NCBI GenBank assembly: GCA_003558435.1
Contig: PWLR01000086.1
Coordinates: 33,640-97,639, forward strand
From: Nitriliruptoraceae bacterium
GTDB taxonomy: Bacteria; Actinomycetota; Nitriliruptoria; Nitriliruptorales; Nitriliruptoraceae
Reading direction: 5' to 3'
Length of the DNA: 64,000 bases
Part shown: positions 17,427 to 25,628 of the stretch, one piece after another
Position numbering within the stretch: position 1 is the first letter of the stretch
Layout of the letters: the number at the start of each line of letters is the position of its first letter
Notes under the pieces: model-generated
Told to the model about the DNA's origin: nothing
What the model saw: only the letters and a program-made list of their open reading frames with translations
Database searches by the model: none
Position numbers and translations under genes: made by a program

Positions 17427-17506
17427 GGCGCGAGCCGGAGGGCGCGCCGCGCACCTCGGTCGGGTGAACCCTCCCCCGGTCGGCGCGCCGGGAACCTGCC
17501 ACTACC

Positions 17507-18325
17507 ATGAAGCAGCACTACACACGAGCCCATCGCCATCGCCCCCACGGACGCTCCATGCCCCCGCCGTCAGGTCCCGCGGCCGTGATCCGCGGACGCG
17601 GTGCCGTCACGAACCTCGGTGGGCAACTGCGCCGGGTCCGGCTCGACGCGAAGCTCTCCGCACGTGAGGTCGCGCGCCAGCTGGAGGTGTCGCCCTCCTT
17701 CATCTCCCAGATCGAGACCGGCAAGTCCCAGCCGTCGGTCGCCACCCTGTATGCGCTCGCCCAGCTGTTCGCGATCTCGATCGACGAACTGTTCGAGGCC
17801 GAGCACGTCGACCCGGATCACCGGGACCGCCCGGCGGAGCCGTCGACACCCCGGCACCACCGACCCGGGGCCTCCTCCGACGATCAGGACACCGAGGTGG
17901 CGACCGGACGGTCGGGAGCGCCCGAAGCGGCCGATCTCGACACCGAGGCGAGCGTCGCATCACACCGGTCCGGGATCTCGGTGGTGCGTTCGGACGCCCG
18001 TGCGACGTTGCGCTTGCAGTCCGGCGTGCTCTGGCAACGCCTGGCCGCCACCTCGGAGCAGGGCATCGCGTTCATGGAGGTCGTCTACCCCGTCGGCAGC
18101 GCATCGACCGACGACGCGACCATGCTGCGCCACGAGGGTTACGAGTACCACTACGTGCGAAGCGGCCGACTGGAGGTCGTCGTGAACTTCGACACCCACG
18201 TGCTGCACCCCGGGGACGCGATGGGCTTCGACTCCTCGCTGCCGCACCTGCTGCGCAACCCCGGCGAGGTCGACACCCACTGCATCGTCACGACCCACCG
18301 GTGCCCTACTGCACAGTCACAGTGA
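17507..18325 (+). CDS. XRE-family HTH regulator with C-terminal cupin domain
   Basis: HTH LGGQLRRVRLDAKLSAREVARQLEVSPSFISQIETGKSQPSVATLYALAQLF, a ~70-aa low-complexity linker, then a cupin (..HEGYEYHYVRSGRLEVVV..LHPGDAMGFDSSLPH..). The start could be later (for example ATG 17558). Confidence 0.85.
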   Translation: MKQHYTRAHRHRPHGRSMPPPSGPAAVIRGRGAVTNLGGQLRRVRLDAKLSAREVARQLEVSPSFISQIETGKSQPSVATLYALAQLFAISIDELFEAEHVDPDHRDRPAEPSTPRHHRPGASSDDQDTEVATGRSGAPEAADLDTEASVASHRSGISVVRSDARATLRLQSGVLWQRLAATSEQGIAFMEVVYPVGSASTDDATMLRHEGYEYHYVRSGRLEVVVNFDTHVLHPGDAMGFDSSLPHLLRNPGEVDTHCIVTTHRCPTAQSQ

Positions 18326-18386
18326 ACGCACTAGGCTCGAGCTCGTTCACCGTTGGAGATCACCCGCCCCCGGCCGGACCGGACCC

Positions 18387-18406
18387 GGCGGCCGTCATCG
18401 GCCGCC
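18387..18406 (+). terminator. hairpin between regulator and dehydrogenase genes
   Basis: GGCGGCCG-tcat-CGGCCGCC (8-bp perfect stem) about 60 nt after the XRE-cupin stop. No U tract. Confidence 0.35.
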
Positions 18407-18461
18407 GAAAGCCCGCTGCGGTTCGCCCGGGGCCCGTGCTCGCGAGAAGGACGGCCCTGCC

Positions 18462-19907
18462 ATGACCACGTCGCTGCTGCCACCGTCCACGCCGACCGGC
18501 CTGTTGATCGGGGGCGAGTGGTCACCCGGTCGGGCCCGGCTCCCGGTCGTCGATCCGGCCACGCTCGAGACCCTGGCCGAGGTGGCCGACGCCGATGTCG
18601 GCGACGGGCTGGACGCGGTGAGCTCCGCCCGCGACGCGTTCGAACCGTGGGCCGCGACGCGTCCCCGGGCGCGGGCCGAGATCCTGCGCAACGCCTTCGA
18701 GATCATGACCGCGGAGATCGAGGACTGCGCCCGGCTGATCGTGCTGGAGAACGGCAAGGCCTGGAACGACGCGATCGGCGAGGCGACCTACGCCGCGGAG
18801 TTCTTCCGCTGGTTCTCCGAGGAGGCCGTGCGGGTCGCCGGCGGCTTCCGGGAGTCGCCGGGGGGCGACAAGACCATCATCACCGACCACGTGGCGGCCG
18901 GGGTCGCCTACCTGATCACGCCGTGGAACTTCCCGGCCGCCATGGCCACGCGCAAGCTCGCGCCGGCGCTGGCCGCGGGTTGCACCACCGTGCTCAAGCC
19001 GGCCGAGCAGACGCCTCTGACCGCGTTGTGGGTGGGCGAGGTCCTGCGGCGTGCGGGCGCCCCCGCCGGCACGGTCAACATCGTGACCACCTCACAGCCC
19101 GGCCCGGTCTCCGAGGCCATCCTCGCCGATCGGCGGGTCGCGACCCTGTCGTTCACCGGCTCCACCCCCATCGGCAAGCTGCTGCTCGCCCAGACCGCAC
19201 AGCGGGTGCTGACCTCCTCGATGGAGCTCGGCGGCAACGCCCCGTTCCTGGTGCTCGAGGGGGCCGACGTCGACGAGGCGGTGGCGGGCGCGATGGTCGC
19301 CAAGATGCGCAACGGCGGTGCGGCCTGCACCGCGGCGAACCGCTTCTATGTCCACGAGTCGCTCGCCGAGGCGTTCACCGGCCGGTTCCGCGCCGAACTC
19401 GCGGCGATGGCGGTCGGGCCCGGCATCGACCGCGCGAACGACCTCGGCGCCATGGTCAGCCTCGACGAACGCGACAAGATCGTCGGACTGTTGGAACAGG
19501 CCGAGCAGGATGGTGGCCGCCTCGATCCGGTCGGGGAGGTCCCGGAGCACGGAGCCTTCATCGCTCCGCACATGGTCCACGACGTCGCACACGGCTCGAC
19601 CCTCACCCGCCAGGAGGTCTTCGGTCCGGTGATCCCGGTGGTCACCTTCGACGACCAGGACACCGCGATCGAGATGGCCAACGACACCGAGTACGGCCTC
19701 ATCTCCTACGTCTACGGCCGCGACAAGGGTGTCGGCATCCAGGTCGGTCGTCGTCTTCGCGCCGGGATGGTCGCGATCGACCGGGGCGTGCTGTCGGACG
19801 CCGCCGCACCGTTCGGCGGGATGAAGGAATCGGGACTCGGCCGCGAGGGCGGTTTCCACGGCATCCACGAGTTCCTCGAGACCCGCTACCTCGGCGTCAC
19901 CTGGTAG
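18462..19907 (+). CDS. NAD(P)-dependent aldehyde dehydrogenase, succinate-semialdehyde dehydrogenase-like
   Basis: 481 aa. LLIGGEW.., ..ITPWNFPAAM.., ..ELGGNAPF.. (catalytic Glu), ..GGAACTAANR.. (catalytic Cys). GabD-like overall, but exact substrate not certain. Confidence 0.9.
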   Translation: MTTSLLPPSTPTGLLIGGEWSPGRARLPVVDPATLETLAEVADADVGDGLDAVSSARDAFEPWAATRPRARAEILRNAFEIMTAEIEDCARLIVLENGKAWNDAIGEATYAAEFFRWFSEEAVRVAGGFRESPGGDKTIITDHVAAGVAYLITPWNFPAAMATRKLAPALAAGCTTVLKPAEQTPLTALWVGEVLRRAGAPAGTVNIVTTSQPGPVSEAILADRRVATLSFTGSTPIGKLLLAQTAQRVLTSSMELGGNAPFLVLEGADVDEAVAGAMVAKMRNGGAACTAANRFYVHESLAEAFTGRFRAELAAMAVGPGIDRANDLGAMVSLDERDKIVGLLEQAEQDGGRLDPVGEVPEHGAFIAPHMVHDVAHGSTLTRQEVFGPVIPVVTFDDQDTAIEMANDTEYGLISYVYGRDKGVGIQVGRRLRAGMVAIDRGVLSDAAAPFGGMKESGLGREGGFHGIHEFLETRYLGVTW

Positions 19908-19981
19908 CGGTGCCCCGGTCCGAAGGAGGGACCGGTCTCGGACGCGACCCGACCGAGCCGTTCGCCCGGGCGCGCTGAGGC

Positions 19982-21262
19982 TCAGGCGCGCAGGGCCTCG
20001 ACCTCCGGGCCCCACGCGTCGGTGCCGAGCGCGAACTTCAGCGCCGCGAGGAACCGTGCCGCGTCGGCTCCGTCGACCAGTCGGTGGTCGTAGGTCAGAC
20101 ACAGGTAGGTGCGTTCGCGGATCGCGACGTGATCGCCGTAGGCGTCCGAGATCACCACCGGTCGACGCTCGATCTGCGGGGTCGCGAGGATCGCCACCTG
20201 CGGGGGGTCGAGGATCGGGGTGTCGAACAGCGATCCGGCCGAACCGGTGTTGGTGATCGTGAAGGTGGCTCCGGTGAGGTCGTCGGGACGCAGCCGGCGG
20301 TCGCGTGCCCGACCCGCCACCTCGCCGATCCGCGCGGCGAGCTCCACCGGATCGGAGCTGTGCGCGTCGCGCAGCACCGGCACCACCAGACCGTTCGGGG
20401 TGTCGACGGCGATGCCGAGGTTGACGTAGTCGTGGAACGTGCAGGTCCCGGCCTCGACGTCGATCGAGGCGTTGAGCAGCGGATGCGCGGCCAGGGTCCG
20501 GGCGGTGGCATGGGCGATGAACGCCAGCGGCGAGATCGAGCTGCCGATCCGGGCGCGCGCAGCGTCGCGGACCTCGGAGCGCAGCCGCATGATCCGGGTG
20601 ACGTCCGCCTCGACCGCCGAGGTCAGCTGTGCGGTGCCGGCCAGGCTCTGATGCATGCGCCGGGCGATCGTGCGACGTGTGCGGGTCAGGGGCTCGGTCC
20701 AGCTACGAGCGGTCCCATCGTCCTCCGACGACCCCGAGTCGGGTGAGTCCCCCGGGTCGGGTGCCGCGCCGCGGGAGCTGTCGGCGGCCTCGGTGTCCAC
20801 CGCGGCCGCCCGCACGTCGTCGGGGGTGATGCGACCGTCACGCCCGGTGCCGTCGATACCGCCCGGATCGAGCTCACCCTCACGCAACAACCGCTTCACC
20901 AACGGCGACAACCGGACGCCGCCGCGCGAGGGATCGGCCGCCGCCCGCACGTCGTCAGGGGTGATGCGACCGTCACGCCCGGTGCCGTCGATACCGCCCG
21001 GATCGAGCCCGCCCTCACGCAACAACCGCTTCACCAACGGCGACAACCGGCGCGGGGACGGCGACGGGGACGGGGACGAGGACGACGCCGGGGTGAGGCT
21101 TCGCACGTCGTCGGGGGTGATGCGGCCGTTCCCGCCCGTACCGGTGACGGCCCTCGCCTCGAGGTGCCGCTCGCGCAGCAACCGACGCACCAGCGGCGAC
21201 AGCCGCTCACGCCCGGACACCTTCCCGTCCGAGGCCGCCACGAGCCCGGCCGCGGGGCTCAC
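19982..21262 (-). CDS. 2-oxoacid dehydrogenase E2 acyltransferase lacking a lipoyl domain, with three tandem subunit-binding domains
   Basis: GTG 21262 overlaps the E1-beta stop (GTGA). There are three repeats of RLSPLV(R/K)RLLRE..GTG..GRITPDDVR, then a catalytic core with LTYDHRLVDGADAARFL. The track ORF start (21439) lies inside E1-beta. Confidence 0.85.
   Translation of the reverse strand: MSPAAGLVAASDGKVSGRERLSPLVRRLLRERHLEARAVTGTGGNGRITPDDVRSLTPASSSSPSPSPSPRRLSPLVKRLLREGGLDPGGIDGTGRDGRITPDDVRAAADPSRGGVRLSPLVKRLLREGELDPGGIDGTGRDGRITPDDVRAAAVDTEAADSSRGAAPDPGDSPDSGSSEDDGTARSWTEPLTRTRRTIARRMHQSLAGTAQLTSAVEADVTRIMRLRSEVRDAARARIGSSISPLAFIAHATARTLAAHPLLNASIDVEAGTCTFHDYVNLGIAVDTPNGLVVPVLRDAHSSDPVELAARIGEVAGRARDRRLRPDDLTGATFTITNTGSAGSLFDTPILDPPQVAILATPQIERRPVVISDAYGDHVAIRERTYLCLTYDHRLVDGADAARFLAALKFALGTDAWGPEVEALRA
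20805..21052. repeat. 135-bp tandem duplication inside the E2 gene (third, diverged copy at about 21096-21200)
   Basis: 20811-20915 and 20946-21050 align with about 3 mismatches by eye. The period is 135 bp, equal to 45 codons. Confidence 0.9.
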
Positions 21263-22239
21263 CCCGTCATCTTGGCGACGGTCTCCACGATCCGCTGCAC
21301 CGACGGCAGGACCTCGTCCTCGAGCGAGTCCGAGCTCGGCAGCGGGATGTGGGGGGTGGTGATGCGTGTGAGCGGCGCGTCGAGGTCCCAGAAGCACTCC
21401 TCGCCGGCGATCGACACCACCTCGGCGCCCCACCCGCACAGCCGCGGGTTCTCCTCGACGGTGGCCAGCCGCGAGGTGCGCGACACCGACGACAGGATGG
21501 TGCGGGTGTCGAGCGGCACGAGCGAGCGCACGTCGATGACCTCTGCGGAGATGCCGTGCTCGGACTGGAGTCGCTCGGCGGCGTCGACCGCACGCGGCAC
21601 CATCGAGGCCAGTGCCACCACGGTGACGTCGTCGCCCTTGCGCACGACCTTGGCGGTGCCGAGTTCGTCGACGATCTCACCGGCGGGGATCTCTCCCTTG
21701 GTCGGGTACAGCGACTTCTGTTCGAAGAACATGACCGGATCGTCGCTGCGCACCGCGGCGGCGAACAGCCCGATCAGGTCGGCGGGGTTCGATGGCGCGA
21801 CGACCTTCAGACCCGGGATCATCATCGCCCAGTTCTCCACCGCCTGGGAGTGCTGCGCGCCGAAGCGCAGGCCCCCACCGTTGGCGGTACGGATCACCAG
21901 CGGCAGGTTGGTCTGCCCGGCCGTCATGTAGCGGGTCTTGGCGATCTCGACCGCCACGATGTCCCAGCAGGTGGCGAGGAAGTCGGAGAACATGATCTCC
22001 GCGATCGGACGCATCCCGGTCATCGCCGCGCCCATGGCCGCGCCGAGGATGGCCTCCTCGGAGATGGGGGTGTCGCGCACCCGCACGCCGCCGAACTCGT
22101 CGAGCAGGCCCTTGGTCGCCTTGAAGACCCCGCCCGCGGCGGCCACGTCCTCGCCGAGGAAGACCACGGATTCGTCGCGTCGCATCTCCTGGGCGATGGC
22201 CCGGGAGACCGCTTCTCGGTAGGTGATCAGTTCCGCCAC
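21259..22239 (-). CDS. 2-oxoacid dehydrogenase E1 component, beta subunit
   Basis: From in-frame GTG 22239: VAELITYREAVSRAIAQEMRRDESVVFLGEDVAAAGGVFKATKGLLDEFG... ~327 aa. Overlaps the E1-alpha end by 13 nt. The longer track ORF (to 22935) is an out-of-frame extension. Confidence 0.9.
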   Translation of the reverse strand: MAELITYREAVSRAIAQEMRRDESVVFLGEDVAAAGGVFKATKGLLDEFGGVRVRDTPISEEAILGAAMGAAMTGMRPIAEIMFSDFLATCWDIVAVEIAKTRYMTAGQTNLPLVIRTANGGGLRFGAQHSQAVENWAMMIPGLKVVAPSNPADLIGLFAAAVRSDDPVMFFEQKSLYPTKGEIPAGEIVDELGTAKVVRKGDDVTVVALASMVPRAVDAAERLQSEHGISAEVIDVRSLVPLDTRTILSSVSRTSRLATVEENPRLCGWGAEVVSIAGEECFWDLDAPLTRITTPHIPLPSSDSLEDEVLPSVQRIVETVAKMTG

Positions 22240-23261
22240 GATGAACCTCCGTCCGCCCACACATCGGTGAAGGCGCTGTCGATGTCGGGGACCGGCCCGT
22301 TCCTGGCCGCCTGGGTGGCCGCGTCCACGGCCTCCTGCGCCTGCGTTTCGATCGCGTCGAGGTCGTCGGCGGCGACGCCCTGGTCGAGCAGGCGCTGGCG
22401 GTACATCGGCACCGGATCCCTCGCCAGCCACGCCTCGACCTCCTCCTTCGGCCGGTAGTCGCCGGGATCGGCGCGGGAGTGCCCACCGTGCCGGTAGGTC
22501 AACGCCTCGATCAGGCTCGGGCCACCCCCGGTCCGTGCCTTGTCGACCGCACGCCGTGCTTCGAGGTGGACCGCGTCCGGGTCGTTGCCGTCGACGATGA
22601 TGCGTTCCAGGCCGTAGGACGCGGCGCGGTCGGCGGCGGGGTGTTCGACGGCGGTCACGTCGGCGATCGCCGTGTACTCCATCCAGAGGTTGTTCTCGCA
22701 CACGAACACCACCGGCAGATCCCAGATCGCGGCGAAGTTGAGCGCCTCGTGGAACGCGCCGATGTTGGTGGCACCGTCGCCGAAGAAACAGGCGGTGACC
22801 TGCTCGGTTCCACGCAACTGCGAGGACCAGGCCGCCCCGGTGGCGATCGGCAGGTGGGCGCCGATGATGGCGTAGGAGCCCATGACGCCGTGTTCGACGC
22901 TGGTCAGGTGCATCGAGCCGCCCTTGCCGCCGCACACCCCGTTGGCGCGGCCGAGCAGCTCGGCCATGACGCCCTCCATCGGCACGCCACGCGCCAGGGT
23001 GTGGGCGTGCCCGCGGTAGGTGGCGAAGGTGTAGTCGCCCTCGCGGAGCGCCTCGGCGACCCCGGCGGCGATGGCCTCCATGCCGAGCGACAGGTGCGAG
23101 GTGCCCTTCACCAGGCCTTCCTGGAACAGCCGGTAGGCCCGTTCCTCGAACCGCCGGAGCCGGACGAGCTGGCGGTACAGGGCGAGTCGCGTGTCACGGT
23201 CGATCGACGGGACGTCGGTCGCCGATCCGGCGGGTGCGGCCGGTGGGGTCGTGGTAGCCAC
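22227..23261 (-). CDS. 2-oxoacid dehydrogenase E1 component, alpha subunit (TPP-dependent)
   Basis: ..RLRRFEERAYRLFQEGLVKGTSHLSLGMEA.. and TPP motif ..FFGDGATNIGAFHEALNFAAIW..VFVCENN... 344 aa. Confidence 0.9.
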   Translation of the reverse strand: MATTTPPAAPAGSATDVPSIDRDTRLALYRQLVRLRRFEERAYRLFQEGLVKGTSHLSLGMEAIAAGVAEALREGDYTFATYRGHAHTLARGVPMEGVMAELLGRANGVCGGKGGSMHLTSVEHGVMGSYAIIGAHLPIATGAAWSSQLRGTEQVTACFFGDGATNIGAFHEALNFAAIWDLPVVFVCENNLWMEYTAIADVTAVEHPAADRAASYGLERIIVDGNDPDAVHLEARRAVDKARTGGGPSLIEALTYRHGGHSRADPGDYRPKEEVEAWLARDPVPMYRQRLLDQGVAADDLDAIETQAQEAVDAATQAARNGPVPDIDSAFTDVWADGGSSWRN

Positions 23262-23301
23262 GTGGGCCTCCTGGTGCTCGGGGCGGTGGTCTGGGGTAGA
23301 G

Positions 23302-23329
23302 GGTCTGCGGTGGTGGGTCTGCAGTGGTG
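23302..23329. repeat. 14-bp direct repeat x2 (GGTCTGCGGTGGTG / GGTCTGCAGTGGTG) with a third degenerate unit upstream
   Basis: Read directly in the 111-bp gap between the M24 stop and the E1-alpha start. A GGTCTG unit also occurs at 23288-23293. Confidence 0.8.
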
Positions 23330-23372
23330 GGCGTGCGGGCGGCGGTGGCTCGGTTCGGCGGTGTGGCCGGCG

Positions 23373-24623
23373 TCAGTAGGCGTTGGCCACGAACAGCTCC
23401 TCGGCGGGGAACAGCGTCAGCAGCTCCGCGCCGTTGGCGGTCACGACGATCTCCTCCTCGATCCGTCCCGCGGAGCGACCGTCGGCCCCCGGACAGAAGG
23501 TCTCCAGCGCGAAGACCATCCCCTCGCGGATCTCCACCGGGTGTTCCAGCGAATTGAGCCGGCTGATGATCGGTCGCTCGTGGAGCCCCAGTCCCAGCCC
23601 GTGACCGAACTGCAGACCGAAGGCCTCCATCTCCGAGTCGAACCCGAACTCGTGGGCTTGCGGCCACAGCCGGGCGATCTCGTCGGTGCCGACGCCTGGC
23701 TTGACCGCCTGGATGGCCGCGTCGATCCACTCCCGTGCCTGGGTGTAGGCATCGTGGTGCGCCGAGGTGGCGCGTCCGACCGCGAAGGTCCGGTAGTAGC
23801 AGGTGCGGTAGCCGTTGTAGGCGTGGATGATGTCGAAGTAGGCGGTGTCACCGGGGCGCATCAGCCGGTCCGAGAACACGTGAGGGTGGGGGTTGCACCG
23901 CTCGCCCGCGATCGCGTTGATCGCCTCGACCTGTTCGGAGCCCATCTCCAGCAGTCGCTTGGTGGCGAGTGCGGCGATGTCGTTCTCCCGGATACCGGGC
24001 TTGAGCGCCTCGGAGATGTCCTGGTAGACACCGTCGACCATCGATGCGGCCTGGCTGAGCAGCAGGATCTCGTCGACGTTCTTGATCTCGCGGGCATCGA
24101 GCATCACCTGCTGGCCGTCCCGGATGTCGAGCCCGGCGGCCTCCAGTTCGCGCAACACCGAGATCTCCGCCACGTCGACGCCGACCGGAAGCTCTGCGAC
24201 GCCCTCGTCCCGGAGCACCTCGGCGATCTCCTGCGCGGCGTTGCGGGGCAACCCGGTGCTCGGCGCCATGGCGCCCTGCAGCCCCGTGTTGCCCCCGCGC
24301 GACTGGGTGGGTTCGAGCCACGGCGAGTACAACCGGTGGTTCTTCGCCGCCGAACCGAAGTCCCAGATCCACGGTTCGCCGGTGCGCGTCAGCAGCGCCC
24401 ACCGTTCGGTCTTGTTGTAGCCCCAGGTCCCCAGATGCGTGCTGGTGAGGTAGCGCACGTTCGACGACTCGAACACCAGTAGCGCCCCGAGGTCACTGGC
24501 ATCCAGCGCCTGCCTGGCGCGTTGCAGCCGGTAGCCGCGGAGCCGGTCCATGTCGACCCGCATCTCCCAGTCGACCGACTGGATGCCGGGGGCGGCGATA
24601 CCGCTCTGGGCGAACTCGGCCAT
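23373..24623 (-). CDS. M24-family metallohydrolase (creatinase/prolidase fold)
   Basis: Start at ATG 24623 (GGAGGGAG upstream). N-terminal creatinase-like domain (..LLVFESSNVRYLTST..), C-terminal pita-bread domain with ..DTAYFDIIHAYNGY.., ..FGHGLGLGLHE.., ..FALET.., ..RIEEEIVVT... Confidence 0.85.
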   Translation of the reverse strand: MAEFAQSGIAAPGIQSVDWEMRVDMDRLRGYRLQRARQALDASDLGALLVFESSNVRYLTSTHLGTWGYNKTERWALLTRTGEPWIWDFGSAAKNHRLYSPWLEPTQSRGGNTGLQGAMAPSTGLPRNAAQEIAEVLRDEGVAELPVGVDVAEISVLRELEAAGLDIRDGQQVMLDAREIKNVDEILLLSQAASMVDGVYQDISEALKPGIRENDIAALATKRLLEMGSEQVEAINAIAGERCNPHPHVFSDRLMRPGDTAYFDIIHAYNGYRTCYYRTFAVGRATSAHHDAYTQAREWIDAAIQAVKPGVGTDEIARLWPQAHEFGFDSEMEAFGLQFGHGLGLGLHERPIISRLNSLEHPVEIREGMVFALETFCPGADGRSAGRIEEEIVVTANGAELLTLFPAEELFVANAY

Positions 24624-24714
24624 GGTCGGGCTCCCTCCGCATACTCGTGTACTCACCCTCGAGCACTCGGCAGACGCCGTCCCGCAAGAGGATGCAATCG
24701 TTTGCCTGTAGGGA

Positions 24715-24743
24715 ACGATAGGTCAGAGTGCGCCCGCCGTCAA
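24715..24743 (-). promoter_or_regulatory. sigma-70-like promoter candidate for the M24 gene
   Basis: On the minus strand, TTGACG (24743-24738), a 17-nt spacer, then TATCGT (24720-24715). About 90 nt upstream of ATG 24623. Confidence 0.35.
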
Positions 24744-24809
24744 GACACGATCAGCGAGGCCCACCGCACCCCGCGACCGTGGTCCTGCCACCGCCATCGC
24801 AGGCGCGCC

Positions 24810-25628
24810 TCAGCCGGAGGCGGCCCCCGCGTACCCCTGCTGCACCGTGGCCGACCATCGCCCGTGCTGCTCGCGTACCCGGATCGGCAGTCCGAACGCC
24901 TCCGAGACCGCTCCGTCCGCCAGCACCTGGGCGAGCTCGCCGTTGGCCACGACCCGGCCCCCGCGCAACAGCAGCGCCCGGCGCATGCCGGTCGGCAGTT
25001 CCTCGAGGTGGTGGGTGACCAGCACCACGGTCGGCCCGTCCGGTTCCCCGAGCAGCGCGTCGAGGTCGGCCAGCAACGACTCACGGCCGCCGAGGTCGAG
25101 CCCGGCGAACGGCTCGTCGAGCAGCAGCAGGGCCGGATCGATCGCCAGTGCGCGGGCGATGCGCACCCGCTGACGCTCCCCCTGGCTGAGCGTGTCCACC
25201 CGGCGCCCGGCGAGGTGGGCGACGCCCACGCGGCTCAGCGCGCGCTCCGCGGCGGCGCGCGTGGCCGGATCGTCGAGCACGTCGGGCGGTGGCCAGGTCC
25301 CGCCCTGACGCGCGACGGCGACCAGCGGGAGCACCGCCGCCCGCACGTGCAGCAGCTCGTCCAACGCCGTCGACACGAACCCGATCCGCGGTCGCAACTC
25401 GCGCAGGTCGCCGCGACCGAAGGTGGTCCCGAGCACCGTGGCCTCGCCGCGGGTCGGATGCCGATAGGTCGACAGCACCCGCAGCAGGGTCGTCTTGCCC
25501 GACCCGTTCGGCCCCAGGACCGCCAGGTGCGCGCCCGCGTCCACCTCCAGATCGATGTCGTCGAGGAGCGTGGACCCGTCGACGGTCAGGCCGACCCCCC
25601 GCAGCCGAACGACGGGCGGGAAGCTCAC
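24810..25628 (-). CDS. soluble ABC-type ATPase, no cognate permease nearby
   Basis: GTG 25628 overlaps the arcA stop (GTGA). Walker A GPNGSGKTT, signature LSQGERQRV, Walker B LLLLDEPFAGLD, H-loop VLVTHH. Confidence 0.85.
   Translation of the reverse strand: MSFPPVVRLRGVGLTVDGSTLLDDIDLEVDAGAHLAVLGPNGSGKTTLLRVLSTYRHPTRGEATVLGTTFGRGDLRELRPRIGFVSTALDELLHVRAAVLPLVAVARQGGTWPPPDVLDDPATRAAAERALSRVGVAHLAGRRVDTLSQGERQRVRIARALAIDPALLLLDEPFAGLDLGGRESLLADLDALLGEPDGPTVVLVTHHLEELPTGMRRALLLRGGRVVANGELAQVLADGAVSEAFGLPIRVREQHGRWSATVQQGYAGAASG

Noticed and set aside
21263-21439. 59-codon N-terminal extension of the E2 ORF, which could have hidden a lipoyl domain
   Set aside because: The region lies entirely within the 3' end of the E1-beta gene in a different frame. 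It translates to Arg/Gly/His-rich sequence with no lipoyl-domain features. GTG 21262 gives a GTGA stop-start overlap like other junctions in this window.
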